Source: Opitutia bacterium (lineage in GTDB: Bacteria; Verrucomicrobiota; Verrucomicrobiia; Opitutales; T3Sed10-336). Taken from it: a stretch of 50,851 nt of DNA. The notes under the pieces are model-generated. The model was not told where the DNA came from and searched no databases. It was given only the letters and a program-made list of their open reading frames with translations. The stretch is from the NCBI GenBank assembly GCA_050506795.1, contig JBJHCF010000012.1, forward strand, positions 47,502 to 98,352, written 5' to 3'. Both the position numbers and the translations under genes were made by a program. Below are positions 1-10,044 of the stretch, one piece after another. Position 1 is the stretch's first letter; every line of letters begins with the position of its first letter.

Positions 1-190
1 ATAACGCTGACGAAAAAGAACAGAAAATTGCCGAAAGACCAAGTGATTAATCCCGGCGGGCCGGGACTCTACCACTGAGCTACCGGGCAAAAGGTAGCGA
101 ATAACGCTGACGAAAAGAACAGAAAATTGCCGAAAGACCAAGTGATTAATCCCGGCGGGCCGGGACTCTACCACTGAGCTACCGGGCAAA
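1..190 (-). repeat. Tandem ~100-bp duplication; each unit holds a degenerate tRNA-like fragment on the minus strand
   Basis: 1-90 and 101-189 are near-identical (1-nt indel in an A run). The minus strand reads TGCCCGGTAGCTCAGTGGTAGAG (tRNA acceptor 5' strand plus D-arm), then TTAATCACTTGGTC. No T-arm (GTTCGA). Confidence 0.75.
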
Positions 191-272
191 CGGTATAAAA
201 GGTGAGAAAATCGGGATTGGGGCGGGGTTGTCAACTCTTCGTTGAAAAAAATTGGGGTTGGGAAACTTTTGA

Positions 273-300
273 TTGCTTTCGAAAGGCGCAGGGGTAGGAT
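273..300 (+). promoter_or_regulatory. Possible sigma70-type promoter for the rplY operon
   Basis: TTGCTT-16 nt-TAGGAT upstream of rplY; motif match only. Confidence 0.3.
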
Positions 301-365
301 TGTTTCTTTTTTACTGGTTGAGCCGGTTGGAAATCGGTTCGTTTTTTATTTCACCATAAGCGGTT

Positions 366-1010
366 ATGACACAGCAGATTCAACTCGATGTTAAAAAGCG
401 GGAAGCTTCCGGACGCGGCCCTTGCGGGCGTTTGCGGCGCGACGGTTTTATTCCCGCGGTAATTTACGGCAAGGCCGCGGAAACGCGCAGCGTGACCGTC
501 AGCCAGGCTGATTTTTCCCGGCTGATGAAGCAGGCGGCGGGCGCCGCTTCTCTGGTGCAGCTCAAGGAAGACGGCAAGCGTTCGACTTTGACCGTGATTC
601 AGGAAACCCAGGTGGATCCGATCACGGACCGGGTGTTGCACGTTGATTTTCACGAGGTCTCCTCTAAGGAGAAGATGGACACCCATGTGACCATTCACCT
701 CAATGGTGAAGCGGCCGGGGTGAAGATCGGTGGCGGAGTGCTCGAAGTGGTCCTGCACTCGATCGACATTCGCTGTCTGCCCAAGGATCTGCCCGGTTTT
801 ATCGAGGTGGACGTGACCAACCTGAATGTCGATCAGGCGATCCACGTCAAGGAACTGCCCCAGTTGAAAGGGGTGGAGTACCTGGCCGATGCCGATCAGG
901 TGGTGGTGTCCTGTATGGCATCGCGCGTTGGGACCGAACCGGCGGCCGAGGTCGCGGAGGAGGAACCCAAGGAGGAGGAGTCCAAGGAAAAGGAATCGAA
1001 GGAAGGGTGA
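366..1010 (+). CDS. rplY: 50S ribosomal protein L25/general stress protein Ctc
   Basis: RLRRDGFIPAVIYG, QVDPITDRVLHVDF, acidic C-terminal tail. Confidence 0.96.
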   Translation: MTQQIQLDVKKREASGRGPCGRLRRDGFIPAVIYGKAAETRSVTVSQADFSRLMKQAAGAASLVQLKEDGKRSTLTVIQETQVDPITDRVLHVDFHEVSSKEKMDTHVTIHLNGEAAGVKIGGGVLEVVLHSIDIRCLPKDLPGFIEVDVTNLNVDQAIHVKELPQLKGVEYLADADQVVVSCMASRVGTEPAAEVAEEEPKEEESKEKESKEG

Positions 1011-1043
1011 TGTCCTCGCTTCCGGCGTCCGATTTATTGTCTT

Positions 1044-1745
1044 ATGGCCGTTTCCGTTGTCGCTGGACTGGGGAATCCCGGGGTGGCCTACGCGGACACA
1101 CGGCACAACGCGGGGTTTTTGCTCGTGGACGCCTTGGCGAAGGATTGGGGCTGTGCGGATTGGGTGCGCGACCGCAAGGCGGGAGCGCTTTACACCAGCG
1201 GTTTCCGCAACGGAAATCGGGTTTACCTGGTCAAGCCTCAGACTTATGTCAACCGGAGCGGGTCCTCGTTGCGGACTTTTTGTTCGTTTTACCGGCTGCC
1301 GGAGGAATCGTTGGCGGTGGTCTACGACGAGATCAATCTGCCAACCGGACGGGCCAAGGTGTCGGTCGGAGGGAGCGCCGGCGGGCACAACGGGGTCACC
1401 GACATTCTGCGGTTCTTTGCCAACACCTTCGTTCGGTTTCGGGTCGGAATCGGTCCGAAGAGTCCGCCGGAAATCGATATGAAGGATTTTGTGCTCGGAC
1501 GCTGGCGGCCGGACGAGACCGCTGCGTTGCGGGAGTCGATAAACGGGTTTTTGGAGGGATTGAACCTCTTAATTGACAGTGGACCGCAAACGGCTATGAA
1601 TCGGGTCAATCAGCGACCCCCGAAGTCGGACCACGAACAACAATCAAACAAGACGCTTCAAAGGGAAGCGGAAACAACGGAAGATAATGACAGTGGACAA
1701 AAGAAAATACCTGGCTACGGCGATCCTGGATCTGCGCGGACGTGA
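1044..1745 (+). CDS. pth: Peptidyl-tRNA hydrolase
   Basis: GLGNPG..Y..TRHNAGF, KPQTYVNRSG, GGSAGGHNG; follows rplY. Confidence 0.96.
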   Translation: MAVSVVAGLGNPGVAYADTRHNAGFLLVDALAKDWGCADWVRDRKAGALYTSGFRNGNRVYLVKPQTYVNRSGSSLRTFCSFYRLPEESLAVVYDEINLPTGRAKVSVGGSAGGHNGVTDILRFFANTFVRFRVGIGPKSPPEIDMKDFVLGRWRPDETAALRESINGFLEGLNLLIDSGPQTAMNRVNQRPPKSDHEQQSNKTLQREAETTEDNDSGQKKIPGYGDPGSART

Positions 1746-1989
1746 AGAGTCGCCCGAGCAAATCGCTGAAGTTCTCAAGGGTGAAGTCGAGGCGTTGAAC
1801 GGCGAGGTCGGTGAAATCAGCCATCTGGGCCAGCAGGATTTTGCCCGCACTCCGGACCGGCGCTTCCCCGCCGGCCATTACGTGCAGATCGAGTTCACCG
1901 CGCCGGCGCTCAAGCCCGCTTCCCTCCAGGAACGGATCCGTCTGAACAAGGCGATCGATCGGGTGCTGGTGGAGCGAGTCGGCGCCTGA
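1687..1989 (+). CDS. rpsF: 30S ribosomal protein S6
   Basis: 100 aa, S6-like pattern (KYLATAILD...LGQQDFA...GHYVQIEF), immediately upstream of ssb. Confidence 0.85.
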   Translation: MTVDKRKYLATAILDLRGREESPEQIAEVLKGEVEALNGEVGEISHLGQQDFARTPDRRFPAGHYVQIEFTAPALKPASLQERIRLNKAIDRVLVERVGA

Positions 1990-2026
1990 GTCAATCAACC
2001 CCTATACTCAACCCCATTACTGTTCC

Positions 2027-2512
2027 ATGGCCAATTTTAACAAAGTGATCCTGATAGGCAATCTGACGCGCGACCCCGAGTTACGTGTCACGCCTTCCGG
2101 CACCTCCATCTGCCGATTCGGGCTGGCGGTGAATCGCACTTACACCACACAGGATGGCGAGCGGCGGGAGGAGACCACGTTTGTCGACGTGGATTCCTTC
2201 GGTAAACCGGCGGAAATCATCTCCAAATACATGGCCAAGGGACGACCCATTCTGGTGGAGGGCCGATTGCGGCTGGACCAGTGGGAAGACAAGAGCACCG
2301 GCGAAAAGCGCAGCCGCCTCGGGGTGGTCTGTGAGAATTTTCAATTCCTCGGCGGGCGTGCCGACGGCGACGCGAGTGGCCACGAAGGTGGATCTTCCCG
2401 GGCTTCCTACGAAAACACTTCGCCGCCCGCCCGCGGCAACGCGGCAAAAAAGCCGGCCGACTCCGGCTCCCAGAAGGCTGGAGATATCGAGGAGGACGAC
2501 GTACCGTTTTAA
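2027..2512 (+). CDS. ssb: Single-stranded DNA-binding protein
   Basis: NKVILIGNLTRDPELR, C-terminal DDVPF. Confidence 0.98.
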   Translation: MANFNKVILIGNLTRDPELRVTPSGTSICRFGLAVNRTYTTQDGERREETTFVDVDSFGKPAEIISKYMAKGRPILVEGRLRLDQWEDKSTGEKRSRLGVVCENFQFLGGRADGDASGHEGGSSRASYENTSPPARGNAAKKPADSGSQKAGDIEEDDVPF

Positions 2513-2551
2513 TCAACCGATCGAGCGATCGATCCCAAGCATCATCACATC

Positions 2552-3043
2552 ATGGCATACTCTGAAGTCTTATTGACCCAACAGGTGGAACACCTGGGCG
2601 CCGAAGGGGAACAGGTCCGCGTCAAGGCGGGTTACGCACGCAACTATCTGTTGCCGCGCAAAATTGCGGTCCCATTGAGCAAGGCGAACCGCAAGCAAAT
2701 TGAAGCGTTGCGCAAGGCGCGCGCGATCCGCGAGGAGCGCGAGCGTTCCGCCGCCGAAACACTTGCGGACAAGCTCCGTGCGGCCCGGCCGGCGATTGCG
2801 GTTAAGACCGGTGAGGGCGGACGGATGTTCGGCGCGGTGACCGCCGTGCACGTCCACGAGAAGCTGGTCGAGGCCGGCATCGAAATCGAACGCCGGCAGG
2901 TCCATGTGGCCGCGCCCATCAAGGAACTCGGCAAACACACCGCTTCCGTCAAGGTGCACCCGGAAATCACGGTCGATGTCGAGTTTGAGATCGTTTCCGA
3001 GAATGCCATCGTCGATACCGAATCGCCGGCGGAAGATTCCTGA
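2552..3043 (+). CDS. rplI: 50S ribosomal protein L9
   Basis: LGAEGEQVRVKAGYARNYLLP, GRMFGAVT, PIKELG. Confidence 0.97.
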   Translation: MAYSEVLLTQQVEHLGAEGEQVRVKAGYARNYLLPRKIAVPLSKANRKQIEALRKARAIREERERSAAETLADKLRAARPAIAVKTGEGGRMFGAVTAVHVHEKLVEAGIEIERRQVHVAAPIKELGKHTASVKVHPEITVDVEFEIVSENAIVDTESPAEDS

Positions 3044-3069
3044 GGTGGAGTCTTCGCGCGACCGCTCCC

Positions 3070-4509
3070 ATGTCCCCAAGGAATCAAGCCAGCTCCGCGG
3101 GCGCCGGGAGGCGGCGTAAATCCGGGGGAGGTGGCCCCAACGGGAGCCATTCGGAAAACCTCCCGGTTTCGGGACGGGTCTTCCCGCACAGCGTCGAGGC
3201 CGAAGAGGGGCTCCTCGCCTGCTGCATCATGGATGGCCCCGACATCCTCAGCCGTTGTATGGAGGCGCGGCTGACTTCGGACGCCTTTTATGTGCCCGCG
3301 CATCAGTTGCTGTTCGAAGCGCTGATGGCGCTGAACGAAAGCCGTTCCGCTGTCGATGAGATCATGCTGGCCGAGGAGCTGAAGAATCGGGGGCATTTCG
3401 AGGAAATCGGCGGTTATCCGTTCATTAACCAGATCACCAACCGGGTGGAAACCACGGCTCACGCCAACCACTTCCTGGAGATTGTGCGGGAGAAATACCT
3501 CCTGCGCCGGCTCATTCGCACCGCCACCACCACGGTGGAACGGTGCTTTGGCTTCGACGGGGGCCTGGAGAATTTCCTGGAGGAGGTGGAGCAGGACATC
3601 TTCCGCATCAGCGAGGACCGGATTTCCGACGCGTCCAAGCCGATCAAGGAGTCGGTGCGCGAGGCCTACACCCTGGTGCAGAAACTGCTGGAGCGCCGCG
3701 GCGAATTGAGCGGCATCACGTCCGGTTTTGTTGATCTGGACAAGATGACCAACGGCTTTCACGCCCAGGAGATGATTGTCGTCGCGGCCCGTCCCTCGAT
3801 GGGTAAAACCAGTCTGGCGCTGAATATGGCCGAGGCGGCGGTGTTGCCCAAGCGTGATCACCAACCGGTGCCCACGCTCATTTTCAGTCTGGAAATGAGC
3901 AGTCAGCAACTGGCCATGCGTATGATGTGCGGGCTGGCTCGCGTCAGCCTGGTCCGCCTGCGCGACGGCATCAGTTCGGCCGAGGAAAAACGGGCCCTGC
4001 TGGAGGCGGCGGATGAATTGAGCAAGGCGCCCTTGTGGATCGACGACTCCGGGCATCTGACCATTTTGGAGCTTCGCGCCAAGGCCCGCCGCCTGGCGGC
4101 CCAACGTAATCTTGGGCTGATCATCATCGATTACCTGCAGTTGATTTCGGGTTTGGACAACAGTGTGTCGCGCGAACAGCAGATCTCGGAAATCTCCCGC
4201 GGCCTGAAAGCGATGGCCAAGGAACTGAATCTGCCGGTCATCGTTTTGGGCCAGCTCAACCGCGAGTCCGAGCGCGAGCGGCGGCAGCCGCGTCTGTCCG
4301 ACCTGCGGGAATCCGGCGCCATCGAACAGGACGCGGACGTCGTGTTGTTGCTGGCGCGACCCAAGGATGCCACGGAGGAGACCTCGGTCGCCACGGACCG
4401 GGCCGACCTGATCGTGGCCAAGCAACGTAACGGTCCGGTAGGGCTCGCCAAGCTCACTTTCATCAAGGAGATTACCCGGTTTGAGAACTACACCGCCCAA
4501 CCCGATTGA
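3070..4509 (+). CDS. dnaB: Replicative DNA helicase
   Basis: PHSVEAE, AARPSMGKT, IIDYLQL, LSDLRESGAIEQDAD, KQRNGP. Confidence 0.98.
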   Translation: MSPRNQASSAGAGRRRKSGGGGPNGSHSENLPVSGRVFPHSVEAEEGLLACCIMDGPDILSRCMEARLTSDAFYVPAHQLLFEALMALNESRSAVDEIMLAEELKNRGHFEEIGGYPFINQITNRVETTAHANHFLEIVREKYLLRRLIRTATTTVERCFGFDGGLENFLEEVEQDIFRISEDRISDASKPIKESVREAYTLVQKLLERRGELSGITSGFVDLDKMTNGFHAQEMIVVAARPSMGKTSLALNMAEAAVLPKRDHQPVPTLIFSLEMSSQQLAMRMMCGLARVSLVRLRDGISSAEEKRALLEAADELSKAPLWIDDSGHLTILELRAKARRLAAQRNLGLIIIDYLQLISGLDNSVSREQQISEISRGLKAMAKELNLPVIVLGQLNRESERERRQPRLSDLRESGAIEQDADVVLLLARPKDATEETSVATDRADLIVAKQRNGPVGLAKLTFIKEITRFENYTAQPD

Positions 4510-4522
4510 CCGACCGATCCGC

Positions 4523-6901
4523 ATGCGCCGATTTTTCCTCCCGTCACTGATAGTCTTTTTGGTCCTGGCGACGGTACTGCCGGACCTCGCGGGGCAAACG
4601 CCGCCCCAGCGTCCCATCGGCTCGATCGAAATCGGTTTCATCGAGCTCGAGAATGTGAACCGGGATCTGGTGCGGGCCAACATGCGATTGCGCGAGGGGA
4701 TGGAGTACGACGAGATGGCCATCGACCGGGATATCCGCGCCCTCTACCGCACCGGCCTATTTGAATACATCGAGGTCCGGCGGGAGTTTCTCGACGACGG
4801 CTCCGTCAATTTGTTTTTCGAATTGCGCCCCAAGTACCGGGTCGAATCGATCGAATTCCGGGGTAATGAAAATATCTCCGACCGGCGGCTGATTCGCGAG
4901 GTCGGCTACGACCGGCGGCAGCGCCGTGAGGGATGGGTATCGGATGTCCTGCCCTGGACCCCGCGTCTGTCGGCCATGGAGACGCTGGACGAACGCACGG
5001 TGAGGATCGGCGCCGATGACATGCGCGATTTCTACCGGCGGCGAGGGTACACCGAAGCGACGGTGACCTACGAAATCGAACGCGACCGCGAGACCGGCAC
5101 CGGCCGCATCACTTACTTCATCGAGGAGGGCCCGCGGGTCACCATTCGCCGGGTGGAATTCGAGGGCAACGACAACGTGCGCAGCGGACTTCTTCGCCGG
5201 TCGATGGAAACCCGGCGCTGGCACATTTTCTCCTGGCTGACCGGCAAGGGGCGGTTTCGGGAGGATCAGTTCGAGGACGATATCGACACCCTGATCGACC
5301 GGTACCGGGAGCGCGGTTTTCTTGACGTGCGGATTCCCCACGACAGCATCCGGTTTGAATACCCGTACGACGACCAACTGCAGATCACCCTGGTGATCGA
5401 GGAGGGACGGCAATACGAAGTCGGCGAGATCACGTTTGTCGGCAACACCTTGTTCAGTGACGACGACTTGCGGGGTTCCCTGGTGCTGGGAACCGGCAGT
5501 GTCTTCGTGCCGTCGCGGCTCGATGAGGACGTGCAGAATTTGCGGGACCATTACGGACAGGACGGGTACCTCGACACCTTAATTCAGGCCCGCCGTATTC
5601 CCAATCTGGAGACCGGGGCCATCGACGTGGAGTACCGGATCCAGGAAGCCGGCCAGGTGTTCGTGGAATCGATTCGCATCGACGGCAACACCAAAACCCA
5701 GAGCCGGGTGATCATCCGTGAGCTGGGGCTTCGTCCGGGAGACGTGTTCAACTCGGTGCGCATGCGCACCAGTCAACGCCGGTTGGAAAACACGCGCTTT
5801 TTCGAACACGTCAATCTCTCTCCGGAAAGCACCGGAGTGGAGGGCAGGCGCAACCTTGGAGTGTCCGTGCGGGAGGCGCGCACCGGAAGCCTGACCTTTG
5901 GCGCGGGATTCAGCACCCTGGAGAACGTCATCTTTTTCGCCGAGCTCTCCCAGTCGAATTTCGACCTCTTCAATTATCGCTCGCGCTTCCAGGGCGCGGG
6001 GCAGAAATTCCGTTTCCGGCTGCAGGTCGGCTCCCGCTCCAACGAAGTGGTGCTGGCTTTCGAGGAACCCTGGCTGTTCGACCGGGAACTGGCGCTCGGT
6101 TTCCAGGTGTACCGGTCGGAAAGCGAGTATTTCAGCGCGGCCTTCGACGAGTTGCGTACCGGTTTCGAGGTTTACCTGCGCAAGCGCCTCATTGAGCTTC
6201 TGGAGGGCCGTCTCGCCTACCGCTTCGAGGTGGTCGATATCTTCAACATTTCCAGCGGGGCTTCGCAGTTCATCCGGGAGGAGCGGGGGCGCCGTTCGGT
6301 TTCGAAGGTCGGGCTCACCCTCCTGCGCGACACCCGGGACAGTTTGCTCGTTCCCACGCGGGGTAATCGGGTGGAGTTCCTGACCGAAGTGGCCGGCGGT
6401 CCTTTTGCCGGGGATACCGATTACTACAAGTTCGAATTGCGCGGGTCGCAGTTCATCCCGGTGTTCGAGCCGCAGACCCAGGTGCTGTCCTTTGTCGCCC
6501 GGACCGGGGTGATCGACAGTTTCCGGCCCAGCGACCGGGTGCCGTTCTTCGACCGTTTTTTCCTGGGCGGCCCCAACACCCTGCGCGGTTTCAACTTCCG
6601 CGAGGTCGGACCGCACACCGACGGAGACCCAATGGGCGGTGGAACCTACGGATTCTTCAGCACCGAATACAGTTTGACTCTGGTCGACCCCATTCGTTTT
6701 GCTGTGTTTTACGATGCCGGTTTTGTGAATTCGGACTTCGCCGACTTTTCGACCGGTGGTTATAATGACAACTACGGATTCGGTCTGCGTATTCTCATCA
6801 TGGGCGCCCCGTTGCGTCTCGATTACGGAATTCCGATCACCACCGACGACCACAACGATCGCGGCGGGCGTTTCAGTTTTTCCTTTGGAACCCGCTTCTG
6901 A
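4523..6901 (+). CDS. bamA: Outer membrane protein assembly factor BamA
   Basis: Signal peptide from ATG 4523, POTRA-type repeats (GN..., GNTKT..VI.REL), LRGF loop motif, C-terminal FGTRF. Confidence 0.95.
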   Translation: MRRFFLPSLIVFLVLATVLPDLAGQTPPQRPIGSIEIGFIELENVNRDLVRANMRLREGMEYDEMAIDRDIRALYRTGLFEYIEVRREFLDDGSVNLFFELRPKYRVESIEFRGNENISDRRLIREVGYDRRQRREGWVSDVLPWTPRLSAMETLDERTVRIGADDMRDFYRRRGYTEATVTYEIERDRETGTGRITYFIEEGPRVTIRRVEFEGNDNVRSGLLRRSMETRRWHIFSWLTGKGRFREDQFEDDIDTLIDRYRERGFLDVRIPHDSIRFEYPYDDQLQITLVIEEGRQYEVGEITFVGNTLFSDDDLRGSLVLGTGSVFVPSRLDEDVQNLRDHYGQDGYLDTLIQARRIPNLETGAIDVEYRIQEAGQVFVESIRIDGNTKTQSRVIIRELGLRPGDVFNSVRMRTSQRRLENTRFFEHVNLSPESTGVEGRRNLGVSVREARTGSLTFGAGFSTLENVIFFAELSQSNFDLFNYRSRFQGAGQKFRFRLQVGSRSNEVVLAFEEPWLFDRELALGFQVYRSESEYFSAAFDELRTGFEVYLRKRLIELLEGRLAYRFEVVDIFNISSGASQFIREERGRRSVSKVGLTLLRDTRDSLLVPTRGNRVEFLTEVAGGPFAGDTDYYKFELRGSQFIPVFEPQTQVLSFVARTGVIDSFRPSDRVPFFDRFFLGGPNTLRGFNFREVGPHTDGDPMGGGTYGFFSTEYSLTLVDPIRFAVFYDAGFVNSDFADFSTGGYNDNYGFGLRILIMGAPLRLDYGIPITTDDHNDRGGRFSFSFGTRF

Positions 6902-6951
6902 ATAACGAATCTTAACCTTAGTAGCAGCCAATGTTAATTCATCACCGATTA

Positions 6952-7533
6952 ATGAAAATCCACACATTCACTCTCGGCGCCATTTTGGCGGCGTTTTCGT
7001 TCGTCTCGTCGGTCCACGCCGACGTGCCGGTGCGCATCGTTACCGCCGACATGGCCTATCTTTACGAAAACTACCACAGCACGCTGGAGGCCCAGGCCCG
7101 ATTCCAGAGCTCGATCGAGCGCGCGCAGCGCCAGACCCAGGCCATGATGGAGGAAGGACAGGCCATGGTGGAAGAGTATCAGGAAATCATTGAGCGGACC
7201 AACAACCCGGCCCTGTCCGAGGAAGCCCGCATGGAGGCCCAGGATCGGGCCCGCGAGATGGTCGAGGCCATTCAGCAGAAGGAGCGCGAGTTGCAGCAGT
7301 TCCAGAACAACACCCGTCGCTCCCTGGAGCAGCGTCAGCGCAACCATCGAGAACTGATGATGGAGGAAATTCGCGAGGTGGTGATGGCTGAGGCGCGCAA
7401 TCGCAACGCCACCCTGGTGTTCGACACCTCCGGCGCCAGCGCCATCGGCATTCCTTCGGTGATCTACGCCGATCCCTCCTATGATATCACGGATGTCGTG
7501 CTGGAGGAGATCAACCGGGACGCCGGAGACTGA
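6952..7533 (+). CDS. skp: OmpH/Skp periplasmic chaperone
   Basis: Signal peptide, coiled-coil core, C-terminal [13 protein letters not shown]; lies between bamA and lpxD. Start 6952 or 6931. Confidence 0.9.
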   Translation: MKIHTFTLGAILAAFSFVSSVHADVPVRIVTADMAYLYENYHSTLEAQARFQSSIERAQRQTQAMMEEGQAMVEEYQEIIERTNNPALSEEARMEAQDRAREMVEAIQQKERELQQFQNNTRRSLEQRQRNHRELMMEEIREVVMAEARNRNATLVFDTSGASAIGIPSVIYADPSYDITDVVLEEINRDAGD

Positions 7534-7633
7534 TTCCGGCGGCGGGGGCGGTAAAGGCCGATTTCCGCTTTTAAAGGATTGCTTCCTGACGCTAAAAGCC
7601 CTGTCCTCGCAAGGACCGGGCTTTTACGTTTTC

Positions 7634-8692
7634 ATGGAGATTTCCTTATCAGCGGAGCAGATTATCGAAACCACGCGACCCTCGGATCAACGGGGGGAAA
7701 CCGATCGCGAAATCACTGGAATCGCCCCCCTGGGCGAAGCCCATGAGGGGGAACTTTCCTTCCTGCAGGAAAAGAAGTTTCTCCCGGACCTCGACCGGTC
7801 GCGGGCGTCCATCGTTCTGGTCCCCAGGGATTGCGCCGCCGCCCCGCGGGAAAATCAGCTCTTCCTGTATTTCGACAACCCCTCCTCCGCGCTGAGCCGA
7901 TTGTGCGCCCACCTCGAGCGCCGTCTGCGTCCGCGACCGGTTCCCGGGGTGCATCCGACCGCGGTGATCGGTGACGGCTGCCGGTTGCCGGATTCGGTCA
8001 GCGTGGGCCCGCACTGTGTGATCGAGGACGGCGTTTCCCTGGGCGAAAACACCATCCTGGAGGCCCGGGTCTTTCTCGGGCCGGGGGTGGTTCTGGGGGC
8101 CGATTGCCATTTGCGACCCGGGGTGGTGGTGATGGATGGCTGCCGCCTGGGCGACCGGGTGACCCTGCATCCGGGAGTGGTGCTGGGGGGCGACGGCTTC
8201 GGCTATGTGTCCGATGCCACCGGTCACGCCAAAATTCCCCAGGTGGGAGGGGTGCTCATTGAGGACGATGTGGAGATCGGCGCCGGCAGCACGGTGGATC
8301 GGGCTCGATTCAGCATGACCGTGATCGGAGAAGGGACCAAAATCGACAACCTGGTGCAGGTGGGGCACAACGTGCGGATCGGTCGCCATTGTATTCTCTG
8401 CGCCCAGGTGGGGATCGCTGGCAGCACGGTGTTGGGGGATTTTGTCATTCTGGGCGGACAGGTCGGGGTGGCCGGTCACCTCACGATTGGTTCGGGCGCC
8501 CGGGTCGGCGCCCAGAGCGGAATCGGACGCGATGTCGAGCCGAAGAGTTCCCTTTTCGGCAGTCCCGCGGTTTCGCTGCTGCTGCGCCAGAAAATCGTGC
8601 TGCTGCAACAGCGATTGCCGGACCTGTTCCGGCGGGTGGATCGAATTGAGGCGGATCTGGAAAAAGCTTTTGAAAAAGCGAAGGGAAGTTAA
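7634..8692 (+). CDS. lpxD: UDP-3-O-(3-hydroxyacyl)glucosamine N-acyltransferase
   Basis: Hexapeptide repeats, [20 protein letters not shown]. Start placed at ATG 7634. Confidence 0.96.
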   Translation: MEISLSAEQIIETTRPSDQRGETDREITGIAPLGEAHEGELSFLQEKKFLPDLDRSRASIVLVPRDCAAAPRENQLFLYFDNPSSALSRLCAHLERRLRPRPVPGVHPTAVIGDGCRLPDSVSVGPHCVIEDGVSLGENTILEARVFLGPGVVLGADCHLRPGVVVMDGCRLGDRVTLHPGVVLGGDGFGYVSDATGHAKIPQVGGVLIEDDVEIGAGSTVDRARFSMTVIGEGTKIDNLVQVGHNVRIGRHCILCAQVGIAGSTVLGDFVILGGQVGVAGHLTIGSGARVGAQSGIGRDVEPKSSLFGSPAVSLLLRQKIVLLQQRLPDLFRRVDRIEADLEKAFEKAKGS

Positions 8693-8712
8693 CAATCCTT
8701 GATGCACGACTT

Positions 8713-9663
8713 ATGAAGATGGGGGAACTCAAGATTTTCTCGGGAAACTCGAACCGGCCGCTGGCGGAAAGCATCTGCGAATCAATCGGGGTCCCCCTGG
8801 GGGAAGCGTCGGTAACGGCCTTCCCGGACGACGAAACATTCGTCAAGATCAACGAAAACATCCGCGGTCAGGACGTTTTTATCGTGCAGTCCACCTGCCC
8901 GCCGGCGAATCACCACATTATGGAACTGCTGATCATGATCGACGCCGCCCGGCGCGCGTCGGCCCAGCGCATCACCGCCGTGCTGCCCTTTTACGGCTAC
9001 GCCCGGCAGGACCGCAAGGACCAGCCCCGCGTGCCGATCACGGCGAAGCTGGTGGCCAACATCCTGGTGGCGGCCGGGGCCAACCGGGTGCTGGCCATGG
9101 ATTTGCACGCCCAGCAGATCCAGGGCTTTTTCGACATTCCGGTGGATCACCTGTACGCTTCTCCGGTGTTTTACGATTACCTCAAGCGTTTTGAAAGCGA
9201 CAAACTGGTGGTGGTCTCGCCCGATCTGGGGGGAGTAAAGATGGCCGCCGCCTACGCCGACATGTTCGGCAGCGGACTTGGTTTTGTGGCCAAACGCCGC
9301 ACCAATTCCACCACCGTGGAGGCCATCAGCATGGTGGGGGATATCGAAGGGAAAGACGTCCTGTTGATCGACGACATGACCGAGACCGCCGGCACCCTGT
9401 TGGGGGCGGCGCGGCTGGCCCGCGAGTACGGAGCGCGCAGCGTGCGCGCCGCCGTGACCCATGCCGTCCTGAACGAAATCGCCTACCAGCGCCTGGGGGA
9501 GAAGGGCGGGCTGGATGAATTGATCACCACCAACACCGTGCCGGTCAAATCCCGGGGGCTCCCGGTCACCGTGCTCAATGTCGCTGAACTTTTGGGCCGG
9601 GCCATTGTCAGAATCAATCGTAACGAAAGTGTGACCGGTTTATTTCGAATCAAAGGGTTCTAG
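8713..9663 (+). CDS. prs: Ribose-phosphate pyrophosphokinase
   Basis: YGYARQDRK, DLHAQQIQGFFDIPVDHL, VSPDLGG, IDDMTETAGT. Confidence 0.98.
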   Translation: MKMGELKIFSGNSNRPLAESICESIGVPLGEASVTAFPDDETFVKINENIRGQDVFIVQSTCPPANHHIMELLIMIDAARRASAQRITAVLPFYGYARQDRKDQPRVPITAKLVANILVAAGANRVLAMDLHAQQIQGFFDIPVDHLYASPVFYDYLKRFESDKLVVVSPDLGGVKMAAAYADMFGSGLGFVAKRRTNSTTVEAISMVGDIEGKDVLLIDDMTETAGTLLGAARLAREYGARSVRAAVTHAVLNEIAYQRLGEKGGLDELITTNTVPVKSRGLPVTVLNVAELLGRAIVRINRNESVTGLFRIKGF

Positions 9664-9666
9664 AGT

Positions 9667-9827
9667 GAATGGCGCTCGGTTAGGCAGCTTATCGTTTGAA
9701 AATCCAAATCGGGATCGCTATCGCTATCGGGATCGAAAAGCTTGATAGCAAAGGGATTAACGGAACTTCGATTTCGATCCCGATAGCGATAGCGATCCCG
9801 AATGGAAACCTTAACCGAGTAGCATTC
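9667..9827. mobile_element. MITE with IS4-like terminal inverted repeats, 10-bp target-site duplication and an internal perfect 30-bp inverted repeat
   Basis: Left end GAATGGCGCTCGGTTAGG, right end CCTTAACCGAGTAGCATTC. GTTCTAGAGT flanks both sides (9657-9666, 9828-9837). Arms 9709-9738 and 9772-9801 are exact reverse complements. Confidence 0.8.
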
Positions 9828-9830
9828 GTT

Positions 9831-9967
9831 CTAGAGTCCTAAAACACGAAAAAGTTGTTGGAGTTGAGTCAAGTTTTGCAAATCAGGTTGAAAGAAGTAG
9901 ATCACGCCTTTAGCGTGAGTTTCGCACGCAAGATGCGTGCACTACTGCCGGTCCGAGGCTTTGCCTC
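9831..9967. repeat. Dispersed repeat containing a GTAG-type REP doublet (copy 1)
   Basis: GTAGATCACGCCTTTAGCGTGA...GCACGCAAGATGCGTGCACTAC; near-identical inverted copy at 25966-26125. Confidence 0.8.
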
Positions 9968-10044
9968 CAGTTTAACCTACTTGGAACCGATTTCTATTCC
10001 TTATGTCCGAGAGTCCGACGATTAACGAACACAGGAATGAGAAA

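Noticed and set aside
29..188. Functional tRNA genes
   Set aside because: No T-arm, no canonical anticodon loop, and an incomplete acceptor stem.
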